Source: Zygnema circumcarinatum SAG 698-1b
Taxonomy: Eukaryota; Plantae; Zygnematophyceae
Assembly: GCA_037447605.1 (NCBI GenBank)
Contig: CM074804.1
Location: 3,010,252-3,074,251 of the forward strand
DNA length: 64,000 nucleotides
Reading direction: 5' to 3'
The notes below the pieces were generated by a model. It was not told where the DNA came from, searched no databases, and worked only from the letters and a program-made list of their open reading frames with translations. Every line of letters begins with the position of its first letter. Positions within the stretch are counted from its first letter, which is position 1. Below are positions 32,497 through 45,400 of the stretch, one piece after another. Both the position numbers and the translations under genes were made by a program.

Positions 32497-35400
32497 ATGG
32501 CGGCCGCCGCCTCTTTTGCAGAAGGAAAAATTATATTTGAGGGGATTCCTGGTTTCAGTTTTGATTGCCAAAGGAAGTGGAGCAGAACTGAATGCCTTTC
32601 TAGTTTTGGCAGACTTTCTGAAAGGTGTTTTGTTTGTAATCGTCCAAATTTCCGTCCTTGCCGCGCTGAGTACAATATTAGAGGGAGAGAAGAAGGGAAA
32701 GGGAGAGAAGAATACGTGGAAAGGCGCCAAAGTACGAAATCTAGGTCAGCCGAGCTCAGGAGAAATGATGACAATCGAGATGGTGATGGCGACAGTCTGG
32801 CGAGAGAGAAAGGAGGCTCAAGAAGAGAAGAAGAAACGGAAGTAAATGAAAGAGGACTGGGAAACAATAGAGAATCCACCCGTTTGAATAATTCATTCAC
32901 ACATATTTCGCCTACAAGAGCGTGTAAGTATTTTGCAGACCTTATGTTGGGCTGACCTCTGTGTGGTAAGCGGCATGTATTGTATAATCAATCAGTGATT
33001 ACAAATAAATCAAACAAAGGGAATTAGAGAATTAATTAAAGAAATTGAGTAGGAAGCCGTTTTTTTTCTTTGACTCCATGCACCATTGCTACAGAAAGGA
33101 CATTGGCGGAGGAAAAGCCATGTAATCTAGCTATCAGTGTTACTGATTTTTGGTTGATGCTACATTTGGAGCTTTCCCAGTTTCTATGCCTGTTTCATAC
33201 TATTCAATATTGTTGCAGAAATCGAGGTATTATGCGAGATACGCCGTCAGGTCAGACATATGGCTCACAATAAATATTAGGAAAGGAAACATGTAACATC
33301 TTCACAGCCGACGAATTTGAAGCAGGATTTCATGCCGAAAGTGGTCAAAGATTTCGTCGGTGCCATGTTCAACATTACTAGTTATGGAGGCTTGTACTTG
33401 AATTTTCTTCTTATCAGTGTCCCCTCGTGTCATGCAGTTAAGCATGTCCTAGATTTCACAAGGATGAATCTCAAGATGAGTCTCCATGTAGGAGAGGACG
33501 GCTACAACAGGTTTGAATGTTTTGACTTGGCCAACGAAAAGCGGACCAAAAAATCCACAAGTCAGAAGTGTCTTGGGCGATTGCGTGCTGGTTCTGACGA
33601 GTATGTGTCACACAACTTCAATACTTCTGTGCAGTTGCTGTGGTGCGATTGATGAGAGTTGAGCAAGGTCGGGCCTTCTTGGATGTATTACTCGGGGAAG
33701 GCGAGGCGGCTTGGCAAGAAGAGATGCTCTATGTGGAGCGCACGCTTGGTTTCAAAACTGCACCAGTTGACGCTCGGCAGCTTCGCCAGGTATTAAGGCA
33801 ACACTGTTCGAACGCTATTGAGATGCATGGTCTGCTGGATTGCTGGATTTTTCGTGAGTTGTGATTGCAAGCTGTACATTGTTGTCTTGGAAAACGAAAG
33901 AGCTTCTCACCATCGACAAAGTGCTCTCGGAGAAGGTTCAGCTCATTGAGCGAGCATGGATGCATAGGTAACAGATCTCGTTGGTGGAACCGTTCGGTGG
34001 CAACGGTACTTGGACTACTTGGTGGCACAATATTTTCATGGCGAACAACGGGACCTCGACCGCATGGAACCCATGTTGCTCCAGGTGTGTCTTAAAGCTT
34101 TAAGGAAGTATAAAAATTAGCATCTCCTTCTACTTCTACTTTTTTATATGTACTTGGTTCATCATCGGATCCTAGCTAATGGCACTAAAAACCCCTGATG
34201 GTTGATTTGGCTGCGCTGCAGATTCTCCGTCTGGGACTTTATGAAATTGTGAAATGTGACCACCCATCATACGCGGTTATCAATGAGGTGAGGCAGCTAA
34301 AGCTTTAAGAGGTCCCTGCATGTCTCTGCACCCGAACACTCAGTACTCTGACAGCCATAGTTCTTCTCTTCCTGCTGAAGCCCTTTAGTCCCCTTAACTT
34401 TTTCAGGTAATCAGTTGGATGAGCTTTGTCGCAGGTGGTTGAACTCGCGAAGTCCGCTCTGAGACCCGGCGCTGGCCACCTCGCGAACGGGATACTACGA
34501 AAAGTGGCACGAGACAAGGTACTGCTCGGATTGACTTGAAGCAGCCTCGTAGGTTCTGGTTTTATACGCTTATTGTAGCGGCTTTCCTAAAGTGAAGCAC
34601 TGCTTTCTGTGCAAGAGACGAATGGTGCACGTTCGTGTCTCCTAGTCTATGTCTGTTGTCCCTTGGAAGCTTTAAAGCATGAAATAGCTGCTTCCCTGCT
34701 CTTGCATCCTCTGCTCCACCCGTAAATCCTTGAACTTCATGGTTAGCAGAAGAAAGCTAAAGATAGTAACAGTGAGAGTGTTGAAACTCTTTCCTTTTCA
34801 AGCAAGGAATGCATGTACCGCTTCTTTACCTCCGTCGTTTGCACCTGTTCACAGTTTATGGGCATGTGGATGCGGGCCAGGCAGCAGACCGCCTTCCTCG
34901 GCCTGCAATAGAAGGGGATAGTCGCAGTAGAGCCCGCGCACTTGCCACCATACATTCTCATCCCGTGGTATAGTCCTGTTGTGAGCCAAATATGAGTGGT
35001 TTCTGGGGACTGAAGGACGAAAGTATTAACTCACTCCCAGAGAAGGAACAGAAATTCTCAGACACTCCCCTCTCAGAAATTCGTTTCTTGAATTTTTTTC
35101 AGTGACTGAGGACATGGAACTCTCTGTATCGTCTTGTAAGAGGCTGCTCAATACTTCAACGCCTTTGGAAGTTGTCCTTGTAACCGAAACCAGACCGATT
35201 TTGGCTTGCAGTGGTTGGTCAGAAGATGGGTCGCCCAATTTGGAGAGGAGGAAGCCGTACGATTGTTGGAATGGAACAATGAGAGGCCGTTCTTTTCACT
35301 AAGGTTCATTCGTTTCCACTTTCATCCCCAGCTTCAAGTGACAATGGTTCGCAACGCGGTCTTCAGATGCCAGGTTTCTGAGATTTGTAGTGTCTGTTAA

Positions 35401-38400
35401 TTTCCAGCTTTATCAATTATGTTGTACAACTCTGCCGGTCCTTTGTTTCTCAAATGTTCTATACATAGATATCTGTATCTATCCATCTATGTTTGAGATG
35501 GATCTACTATGGTCGACCATATTGCAGAGCTAATGTACTGAGGGGAGTTACACGAGATGTGCTTGTGGAGAGATTGAAGGAGCTTCAGGTTAGTTTCACT
35601 TCTTAAAGCAACTTTTCACCTTATCGGGTAAGGACGATACGATTATAGGACGATGAGATACGATGTTGAAGTATTTGAGACACGAGGAAATGCAGCCGTC
35701 ATATGTTGGATTGGATGTCTGTCCTCGGCCTAAGCCTATTCATGGACACTTTACTTCTTTGCATGAATTATGCTTAAATAAATTGAAGCTTCCCCTTTCT
35801 CTGCATGCAGCTGGTCGACTTTGAACCCTCGCCCTATTTGGAGGATTTCATTCGCTTGAGGAGCGGTATGCAGGTGATTGCTGAGAGCTCTGAAAGTCAA
35901 TCGTAAACTCCCTGGAAAGCTACCACCCTCTTTCCTGCCTTGGATAGGATTCTCTTTTCGGGCTTCCACCAAGAAGGATGTATTCGTACTCAGCGCCACA
36001 AAGGAGGAGGTTTTGGGGCTTGCAGGAGGTTCTATATGCCGGCCTGCTTAAAGATGGGATCTGCAGTGTGCAGGATGAGAGCGCGGGTATGTGTGTACGG
36101 CTCAATACAATTTTGTCTGTTCCTTAGGGTTCTTGTAGTTCTCAGGTTTCTGCCGAGTTTCCTTCTCTCAGCAAACTTCCTCAAATGCACCTCCTTCTTC
36201 TTTGGTTCAGAATAGAAGAAGAACAGAACATAAGAACGTGAAGCCTTTTTCCTTGGTTCATGTTAGCAGCCATAATAGTTGAAATGGAAAGAGGAAAGGA
36301 GGAGACAACGTGAGGTGGATAGTCGATGAACTTTCAAGATGTTTGGAGTCTGGAACAGGCAGGAAGGGTGTTCAGTCTCGATTTGAGCGTAATCTGGAAG
36401 TCTTGTTTCAACAGTACTTATGTCATCTCGTTTTTTGAGTTTTGAAGATAAAAGTATCCCACAGCCCAAGGACTGTAGAGAGGTGAAGTAAGATGAGAGA
36501 GAGTACCGGTGATAACTTATTCCAGTGATTGACAGACTGTAGACCGCGAACTTGAAATAGGCAGAACGACACTCCAATCCATTTGTTTAAAGATGTAAAC
36601 TCCAAAATGTGTGTTTGCCCAATCATTTCCACCAATGTTGAAGCCCGTGCATTCCTAAAAACGAGTTGAAAGTTGATGGGTAAATGTGAGCCACGTTTCC
36701 ATAGGATATCGGTTGGGTTTCATAGACCCAGGCTGAAGATGTAACGCGATAATGGTATCCCTACTTTTGCTGATTCGCTTTGCGAGCGGTGCCGGGGCGA
36801 GGCGAGCAGGCCTCGTAATTTCCCTTTTGGGCCCGCGGGCGGGCGAGACGGTGGTCGACTGCTGCGCAGCGCCGGGGGGGAAAACGCTTTTCGCTGCCGC
36901 GCGGATGGGAGGGACAGGTACTGTGCTTCATTCTTTATCATTCGTTTTTACTTCTTTTCTTTTTCTGGACGTAATTTTTATCCAATAACCCTCTCGCACT
37001 CTCCCTCTCTCTCACTCTCGCTCGCCATCTCTCCCTCCTTCCCCCCTCTCCCTCTACTTCTTTCCCGCCTTTCCCCCCTCACTCTTTCTCCCACTTTCTT
37101 CCTCTCTCCCTCTCTCTCTCTCTCCCCCTCATTCTTCCCCTCCCCCCTCTGCAATGGCAGTGCAGGCCGCATTTTGGCGGTAGATGCAAACGAGGGGCGA
37201 GCTCTGCTGGTAAAGCAGGCGGCTGAGAGGCAGGGCGTGGCCGGAATGGTGGAGACGGTGGCAGCCGATATTCGCCAGATAGCGGTAGGGGCACTCCTCT
37301 GGCTGAGCAGAGGAGAGATTCCTCTGAACCCACAATTTTTGAATGGCTGGAATGTTCATCTTGGGGGGGGGGGGGGGGGGNNNNNNNNNNGGGGGGGGGG
37401 GGGGGGGGTGCTGCTGGAAACTGAGAAGGAGCGATGGCTATGCTTCAATTCTATTGTTGAGCGGTCTGGATGCTATCTTAACCTGTGGATGTGCGCTTTG
37501 GAGCTCGTAGAGTTGTTTTTGCGAGTTGATGGCAAGCCACGCCTTTTAATTATCTCTCCACTTCTCTCCGTGTGAAGTAATGTGAAGTGCGTCTATCCTA
37601 ATTGAAGCGCAGAAGGTGCGCGGGCCTTTGCAGAAGGAGGGCGGTGTGAGGGCGGACCGCGTGCTCTTGGACTCGCCATGCTCCGGCCTCGGCGTGCTGT
37701 CCAAGGCAGGGCCCGCAAACCCTCACAGTGTGGACAGGCATTGCCATTGGGCAGTACAACTGCTTGCGTGAAAAAGAGGTCTCCACTCGTGAAACGTGGG
37801 AAGCGAAGTAGCGGCAATGAGTAGAATGGAGGCTTGTGGGAAGGAAAGAGGCAGAAGCGCAGCAGAAGTTGGCAGCCAATGGCAACCGAAGACAGTTTCC
37901 GAGCTCTGAGCCCTTAGAGAAGAATATAACTGGGGAGAGATGGGGGGGAGTGGAGCTGCTTTGCAGAGAGCAGATCTGCGGTGGAGGCGCACTCCGGAGA
38001 GCATTGAGGAGCTGGTAACTTTGCAGGACGAGCTGCTTGAGGCGGCTGCAAGGTAAAGAAAAAAACCTTAGTGTGCTTCAAGAAAACTCAAGTAAATCTC
38101 TAAAACTCTATATGAAATTTCAGAATTTAAAATTTTAAAAGGGCCTAAGAAGATCCGGAAGAGGACCTTAAGGACAGAAAAGGGCTTAACCCTGAGACTG
38201 TTCACATGCAGCTAGATCTGACAGAGCTTGGAATGACTGTGAAATTATCCCTTTACTTTTCCCCCTGCAGCCTGGTCCGTCCGGGCGGCGTGCTGGTTTA
38301 CAGCACGTGTTCGATAGAGAGAGACGAAAATAGTGATCGAGTGGAAGCCTTCTTGTCACGTCACGCTGTGAGTCTCTTCTCTGAGTTCTCCGCCACACAT

Positions 38401-39171
38401 AGCTAAGGCTTAAAGTTGCGTTTTGTGGGCTGTCTCTTGGTATGTTAAGAAGTGTATGGGGGGTTTGCATGGCAATGTTTTGTGGGTTCGTTACTTTGCC
38501 CGAATGAGCTCATTTTTTTTCATTTCGGTTAAACTGCATATGCTGTATTCATGTGATCAGTCAGAGGAACAAATGATTAGCTGCAGAGTGCGGAACGTAC
38601 AGAAGTTCAATTGTCCTGTTGAATTTTTCACTTTCTTCACGTATCCTGTTATGGGGAAACGTTTCTTTGAGTTTTTGAATTGGCCTCAAAGAGGAATTTT
38701 AAAGACCTCTATTGGCACCGAGCACTTTCCTGTTCAGTGAAGCTATGTGGTGAGGAAAAGTGGAGGTTGAAAAGGATGAATGGTTGCGAGGGCCTCAACC
38801 TAATCGTATTCAATTAGGGAATGAAATTATGTTTACGCTGCCTCTAGTAAACCACAATATGGAGTGCCTGCAGTTAACGATCCCCCTATCATCGCATCAG
38901 AAACCTTTTGACCCTAAAAACCCTCTATTTGTGCTACGTCCAGTGTGCTTCTATGTGCTTACTGCGACTAAAGTTCATCCTCTTCTCCCATCAATGGCAG
39001 GACTTCAAAATCGAAAGTGCGGCGGGCATTTTGCCTGACCAGATGGTGACTCCGGAAGGCTACTTTGCTTCTCTGCCTCACCGCCACTCTATTGACGGAG
39101 CGTTTGCTGCGCGGTTGAGGCGGACCGCAGAAGGCAGCGATGGGAATGCACAGCAGCAGTGCAGGGAATGA
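32497..39171 (+). CDS. rsmB: 16S rRNA m5C methyltransferase RsmB/Sun (NusB-like domain + NOL1/NOP2 domain), probably plastid-targeted, 16 exons, ~621 aa
   Basis: Exons 32497..32923, 33635..33789, 33968..34084, 34222..34287, 34435..34518, 34881..34967, 35212..35303, 35528..35588, 35811..35873, 36026..36086, 36810..36917, 37166..37284, 37634..37705, 37967..38052, 38271..38367, 39001..39171 (1866 nt). Motifs: SHPVWLVRRW, VQDESAG, DCCAAPGGKT, DSPCSGLG, RADLRW, GGVLVYSTCS, HSIDGAFAARL. Confidence 0.93.
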
Positions 39172-40266
39172 AACGTGACTGTATAACTTAGGGGAGAAGA
39201 TTCAATTCTAGCTTTCCCCTATTCTTATCAGTGTTAGTGAATCATGGTGCTTGGGCTCATGTTGGGTGCAACACTGGGCTTGAGACTGTCGTTGTTGGTG
39301 GGCATGAGAGATCGCCACTCAATAGAGCAGTTTGAGACAAAAGTCGAACGAGAATGACTTGTTGCCTCGACAATGAAGGAAAAGGTATTCAATGGTTGAG
39401 TTCGTATGGGCCATTTGCTTGAGGATCTGGATATGATCCGTTGTTTTCGACTGTTTGAAGTTTTCACAATAGCAAGCTTTAAAATTGACGGTGCGTTTTT
39501 TTTGCCAGATCCCAGGGCACTAATTCCAACTCGAATCCCCGAAGCTATTGCGCTCAGGGATTCAAGCTCGAGTTGTTTTAAATCTGACAAACTTTTGAGA
39601 AACTACAGAACCGTGTCTTGTATGTTTATTGCAAACAACGGCATTGTTATGATGGTCGCAGAAACTGTAAATGGATTAGACTTTTGTCATTTTTTCCTAA
39701 ATAAAAGGTTGGAGAGGGAGGGAGACCACAGGCGGAAAGGAGAGGAGAGGAATGGTAAAACAGGGGCAGCAGCAGCAGTAGAGGAGCAAGGGCAGCAGCA
39801 CCAACGACAGCAGTAGTAAGAGCAGGGGCAGCAACACCAACAGCAGCAGGAGCAGGAGCAAGGATCTCTTAGCCCCTACCTGTCCTTGCCCTTTCTGCCA
39901 CTGCCCCCACGTTTTCTCTAATTAATTCAATCGCTTTCATTCATATGCCCATTTTACTCTAAAGCAAAAGATGAAAGAATCACAAGATAAAAGTGCAAAA
40001 AAGAAAAAATATATGAAAACCTTTTAGATATACTTGGACATGCTCGTCCAGGGAAAAAGATGGTTGTTTAAACTCACGATGGCAAGGCCATCAAAGGACT
40101 GCAAGCACTAGCTTCAATTGATCACCTTCAATGAAGTGAAGCACCAAAGTACAAGCTAGTCCATTAATCGCCGGATTTGAGGGGTTCCGTACACGGACGG
40201 GTTGCCGTACAGTAATTGTAGAGGCCTGGCCATGCATCGGCGTGCGCGGGGAAAGTGCTTTTCGCC

Positions 40267-41355
40267 ATGGCTGCCGGAGAGGCGCAGGGGAAGGCTGCCG
40301 TGAAAGGGCCGGGCCGCTTCTTGGAGGCCATCCGCCGAGGGCTCGGGGAGTGCTCTCTGGAGGTGCTGCACTTTCCCAGAAAAAAGAAAGGAAGGTCCAG
40401 TCATTCGAATGCAATGATATGAGATATATACTTACCTTTTTAGGCTTGCTGAATGCAGTTATGCATCCTTTAGTAGTGCTCAGCAGTGTAATAATGATCG
40501 AAAACTCACTGCCAGGGATGCTGTTTGCAAAAACCGTGTGCGTCAAAAGAGTTGTATGTTTGACTATTTGTGTATGGAGAACGATCAGAGTTAGGGTTGG
40601 CTGTATAATTAATGTGTAAAATGAACTTAAATTTATGCATGTTGGGCTTTGTTGGCAAGCGCCCTGAAGGTTGTCATGTTAGCATGTATGCGCATGAATC
40701 ACGAGTTGAAACGGTGAGGTCTGGGCATCCTTGCCCATGCCTTTCGTTATAGTTCTGGATTCCGAAGGAAATCGGGAGGTTCTGAAGTGTAGAATTTTTT
40801 TAGGTGTCTATCTATACTCTCTTTTCAGCAGCAAGATATTTAGAACATGTTTTTGTCCTTTTGGCGGTAAAACTCAGGCATGTGTATACTTAGAGGCAAT
40901 AAAGCAAAAGAAGTGTCAGGATAATTCCAACACCTTATCGAAGAAAAATTGAAGACATCAGATGTGAACGCGATGGAATGCAAGAAGGCTACCATTTTGT
41001 AGATGCTCAACATTCCTTTCGTACATAGGAAGGAGTTTAGTGGTTGACTGAACGACTCCTGCCTTCTGTTTGTCTGACAGATGCAGACATACGGTGTATG
41101 CGTGGCTTCGAAGGTGCCGGCTGTGGAAAAGGGAGCATGTGAAAAGGAGTTTGCTACGCTGAAGTTGTGCATGCAGCGCTCGGTACGGCCACAAAGCTCT
41201 ATTTTCATTAGCTGATTATTGATGTCATGGTCAAGTAAAAAGCGTGCATTTGCTTTGCGGTCGACCTGTGCTGAATCCCCTTGTGGCATCCCATTGTAAA
41301 GATACTCATCGCCTCATCCTGTTCTGTTTCTCTGCAGCTCCGGAAAAAGGCTTGA
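40267..41355 (+). CDS. 71-aa twin-CX9C (CHCH) protein, NDUFAF8/C17orf89-like, 3 exons
   Basis: Exons 40267..40362, 41081..41182, 41338..41355 give MAAGEAQGKAAVKGPGRFLEAIRRGLGEC-SLEMQTYGV-CVASKVPAVEKGAC-EKEFATLKL-CMQRSLRKKA*, with two exact CX9C motifs. Start context gccATGG; GT-AG introns. Confidence 0.88.
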
Positions 41356-41460
41356 CAATGTTTAGAACTTTCACCGCCGTGAGAGATACCAGTTGTCTTG
41401 TCAACCATTGATGATCAGAAGTGCTTGATTTATCGATCGTTAGCACGGCTTTGGCGAAAT

Positions 41461-42388
41461 ATGTCGGCAGAATCATCATGGAGCTCTCGGGAAGGGACGT
41501 CTACGGAGCTGTCACATGTGTACATGGAACATCCGCCACTGCGGTTCAACCTAAAAGGTGCTTCTGGAGTGATGTACGATGAAGGCACTCGACAGCTTCT
41601 GGTATCCTCCCAGAATAAGGTATGGCAGGCTCGTCACCAAAACATTTACTTGGAAGGGTCTTCTTTTTCGTCCGATCACATATGTATGTGAAACGCACTG
41701 TTTCTCTGTCATCCTTGACAGATATACGCTTGGCCAGTTCCCCAGCTTCCCTCTTCCCTTCCGCCACGTGTCAGCTTTATTAGCGACGGGCCAGTACTGG
41801 CTGTAAAGTATTCTATCGATCAGCGAATCCTGGCCGTCCAACGCACCCTGCTGGAGATTGAGCTCGTGACTCGCGACAGTGGAGCATGGCGGCTGAAATG
41901 CTGCAAGGGTGCAGACCGCATTTTAGGGTTCTTCTGGGCGACCACCCCGGGCTGCGATTTTGTCCTCGTCACTCCCATGTACGACTCAGTACTGAAAACC
42001 CTAAAAACTATCTGAATGCTCAGTTGTGCACTCAATTTGCAGGGGCAAGAGTAAGGACCTATGATGATGTGATGATGATCATGATGATGTATGCGAGTCG
42101 CAGGTGCCATGGAATTGAAGCATTCTCTCTGAAAACTCTTTGAGGCGGGAGGGAGCAGAGGCCTTGAATTGTATAGTGTAAAACTGCCAAGTGGCAGCGT
42201 GCGATTGGTGGAGTTCAAACGTCTGCCAGTGAGTTGGTACGCATACACGCATGAGAGCCGCCTCCTGCTATTGGCCGCCGGCCCGCACTCGCTAACACTT
42301 GTGGGGTTTCAGGTGGGAATTCTCCGCCACGTTTACCATTTTTCCACTTTACGATTTCAATGGTGACAAACTGAATTCGCTGTTTATT

Positions 42389-42429
<41 letters not shown>

Positions 42430-45400
42430 GTCCATTGTATGCTGTATCCATGCCTTTCTATGTGTTGCCATGCTCATGTTTGCTCCCACCACGGCTGCAG
42501 TTTGCGACAGTCGGAGTGATGAAGCTGCCCAAGTTTGAAGTGACTCTGGCGAGAGGAGGAAGATTAGCGCCTCCGGCTTTGGCACCTGACGACCTGCACA
42601 TTGTTGTCATGTGAGCCTCTCTTTCTGTCCATGGAGAGGGAGGTCCTGCAGCAGTAAGCAAATGTAGCTTGGTCCACTGCTCTCCTGAAGTTGCACATCC
42701 TTTTCAGGCTTCAGGAATAAGGAACTTCACGCATGGCAGTGCCGAGAAGCCAAAATCGATGGAAGAACTTCAGTTGCCTAGGAAGAAAATGAGCCTCTTA
42801 GAGAAATGAAAACGCTTCACGTGTCAGGTATGGGAGACTCTACTGCGTTGTGGTGGATCGGGTAGCTCTCCAGCTTCGCATTTACCGCCTATTCAGCGAT
42901 GCCATCATTGCTCAGGTCAACTGGCCTCTTCCTTCTCCCCTTCGGACACATAAATTTTCCACAGCAATCTCTTCTTTGTAACTCATTAGCGTGTTCCTGC
43001 AGCATTCTGTGTGTCCAATGTAGTTACTTTCGTCCATGCACCCTGGAGCTTCCATTGTAAGTGGTTAGCAGAATCAGCTTAAAGTAAAGTGCATCATTCA
43101 GTGCAGCCTTGAGTGGAGTCTCTTACCACCACAGACTGATACATGTAAAAATAAAATTTGAAATGATCCCATGTGGATTGGGACCATGGACTGAAATCCC
43201 ATTGGCTGCATGCAGGTTTCCATGGTCATCTACTCCCCACGTATTGCAATCTCTGTGGTAGACAATGTTCTTTTAGTGCATCAAACTGATGCAAGAGTCG
43301 TCCTCCTGTTCGACCCACTCACAAACTCCCCTCATCCCATAGCTTCTCCACTTCCACTCACCATTCGCAAAAGGCCCTTTCTAGCATCCCAGCCTCTCTC
43401 GCAACCATCTCGACCTGCGGCCATGGCTGCCAAAGAGGAGACAGTAAAAGATGGAGGTTCCTCTGAAGTGCAGCAGGCAGCCACAGTTAGAGCTGACAGT
43501 GTGGGTGGGGGAGAGAGGGGAGGATTAGAAGGAGAAAGTGACGGAGAATTAGACGAAGGGCCGAGCAGTAGTGCAGGGGTTTCAAGTCCTTCAGAAGAGG
43601 CATACGGGGAGGGATGGGTGTATGCCCCTCCGAACATCATCCTGGACCACGCACATGGCACGCTATGGCTGCTGAAGCTGGACCTGCAGGTGAGAATAGG
43701 CTCGTTGTGAGTCAACTGCTGAAAACTTCAAATTTCACAAACTAGGCAATTCCTCTGCTCTATTGAAAGATACGTTGCATTTCCTGCATCTTGAGTCCGC
43801 ACATCCAGCAGTTACCTGAAACTCGTGCGTGTAAGTGGAACGGATCGGAGAAGTTGGCTGCACTGCGATGATGGTGCAGCTCAACGATGCAGCTTGGCGC
43901 TGCTTTTGCAAGCCATACATAGAAAGTGTGCGAATTTTGAAGGACATGTTTCCACGCAGGCCATTGCCGCCAGCTGCTCCGACTTATGTGTCCTCCTCGC
44001 ATTCCTTCAGCGCCGCCGTTCTGATCCTGCGAAGGTGTGCTGCCCTGTAACTTCTCATTCCATTGCACCCATCCTTCCAATTCCTGCCTCCTCCTGCCTT
44101 TTCGACTCGTTTGTGCTCTTCTTTGAAATACTTCGCACATGCAAAGTGAATGCAGAGTGAGACTGATCGATTCAATCAGCGCATCAGTTGTCAGTTAACT
44201 AGCATCGGATTACTGTGCTTCTGCAGGCTAAAGCGCTTTCCATAGAGACATTACGGAACATAATAACGGAACGGAGCCCCCTCCCGGCAGTGGCTGCCGC
44301 ATTCGACATCGTCTTTGGCACTTACCTTTCTGCAATGCCCTCTGCAGTCCGCAAACGCAGGCAGCCTTCTCCAATGCAAGGGCCAGGTGGCAGCTTCCCA
44401 GTGGCTGCAGCAGGAGGGACTCTGGGCATTGGAGCTTTGGCCTTTGCAGCCATGGCCTCGTCTCCGGGAATGCAGGCTGCAAGCTTGGCGGCAAGCGTGA
44501 TGTCTGCAGAGCAGAAATCAGGAGATGATTGGCAGAGAAGGGAGCAGGGTTCAGAACAGAGGGAGAGGGGGGGAATCATGGGAGGGGTTCAAGTGGCAGG
44601 TAATGGAGAGGATGCCGAGAGTTCAGCAGGAGAAGAAGAGACTGCTGCGGGAGAGGGGGGGGCTGCTAGAGATGCGGGATTCGTAGAGGAGAGAGGAGGA
44701 GGAGAGAAGGAGAAGGCAGCAGGCAGCGGTGGAGATGGAGGGAGCAGTGCGTTGAGTCCCGCCATTTCTCCAGAGGAAGTCGTACAGGAGGTCTGCATCA
44801 TTCATTTTCTGGATTCTTTTTCATAGTGTTGAGGGTGTATTGCGGGTACACTTGGACTGCTTATGGATTTGTCTCAAAGGTTCCTTGCATTCCTAGCAAG
44901 ATTTTTCGTGATATTTTTGAGCTTAGAAACATTCTTTTGCCTTTCTCTCTCTCCTATAGGTCTTGATGGTTGAGGAGGAGAGACACGTGCCTGCGGCCTA
45001 CCTCAAGGCTGTTGTAATTGAGCTGCTCAACAGGTGGGTCGAGTTCTTGTTTTATGCTGGAACTGGAATGGACCAACCAATCCAAACAGACCCTAAAAAA
45101 CCTAAAACTCTGAAGAACCCTGGAAACCAATTAAAAAACCTTATAAATGATCCGTTTTATCTTCAGCTGTTGGTCTGGTTGAGGGTTGGAGCAGCCTTGC
45201 CACAGTAGGCTTGGCCGCGCCTCTTGCCCTTCACATGCTCTTGGTGCGACTGCTGCTCTCAGAGGACCAACCACATGAACTCTGGCAGCTTCTGCATGCA
45301 CAGGTTTGTAACTCCTCGAAAAACTCATCACTTCCAGTTATTTTGCCAGGATTGTTGTACCCGCGAAATGAATTTCTCCTCTTGTCAAGCTGATGTTCAG

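Noticed and set aside
39234-39816. ORFs 39234..39590 (-) and 39406..39816 (+) between RsmB and the CX9C gene
   Set aside because: No motif recognised and the end runs into CAG low complexity. Possibly a decayed TE fragment; BLASTX would decide.
40428-40437. ATACTTACCT resembling the U1 snRNA 5' end
   Set aside because: No U1 stem-loops or Sm site follow; it is just a reverse-complement splice-donor-like 10-mer in an intron.
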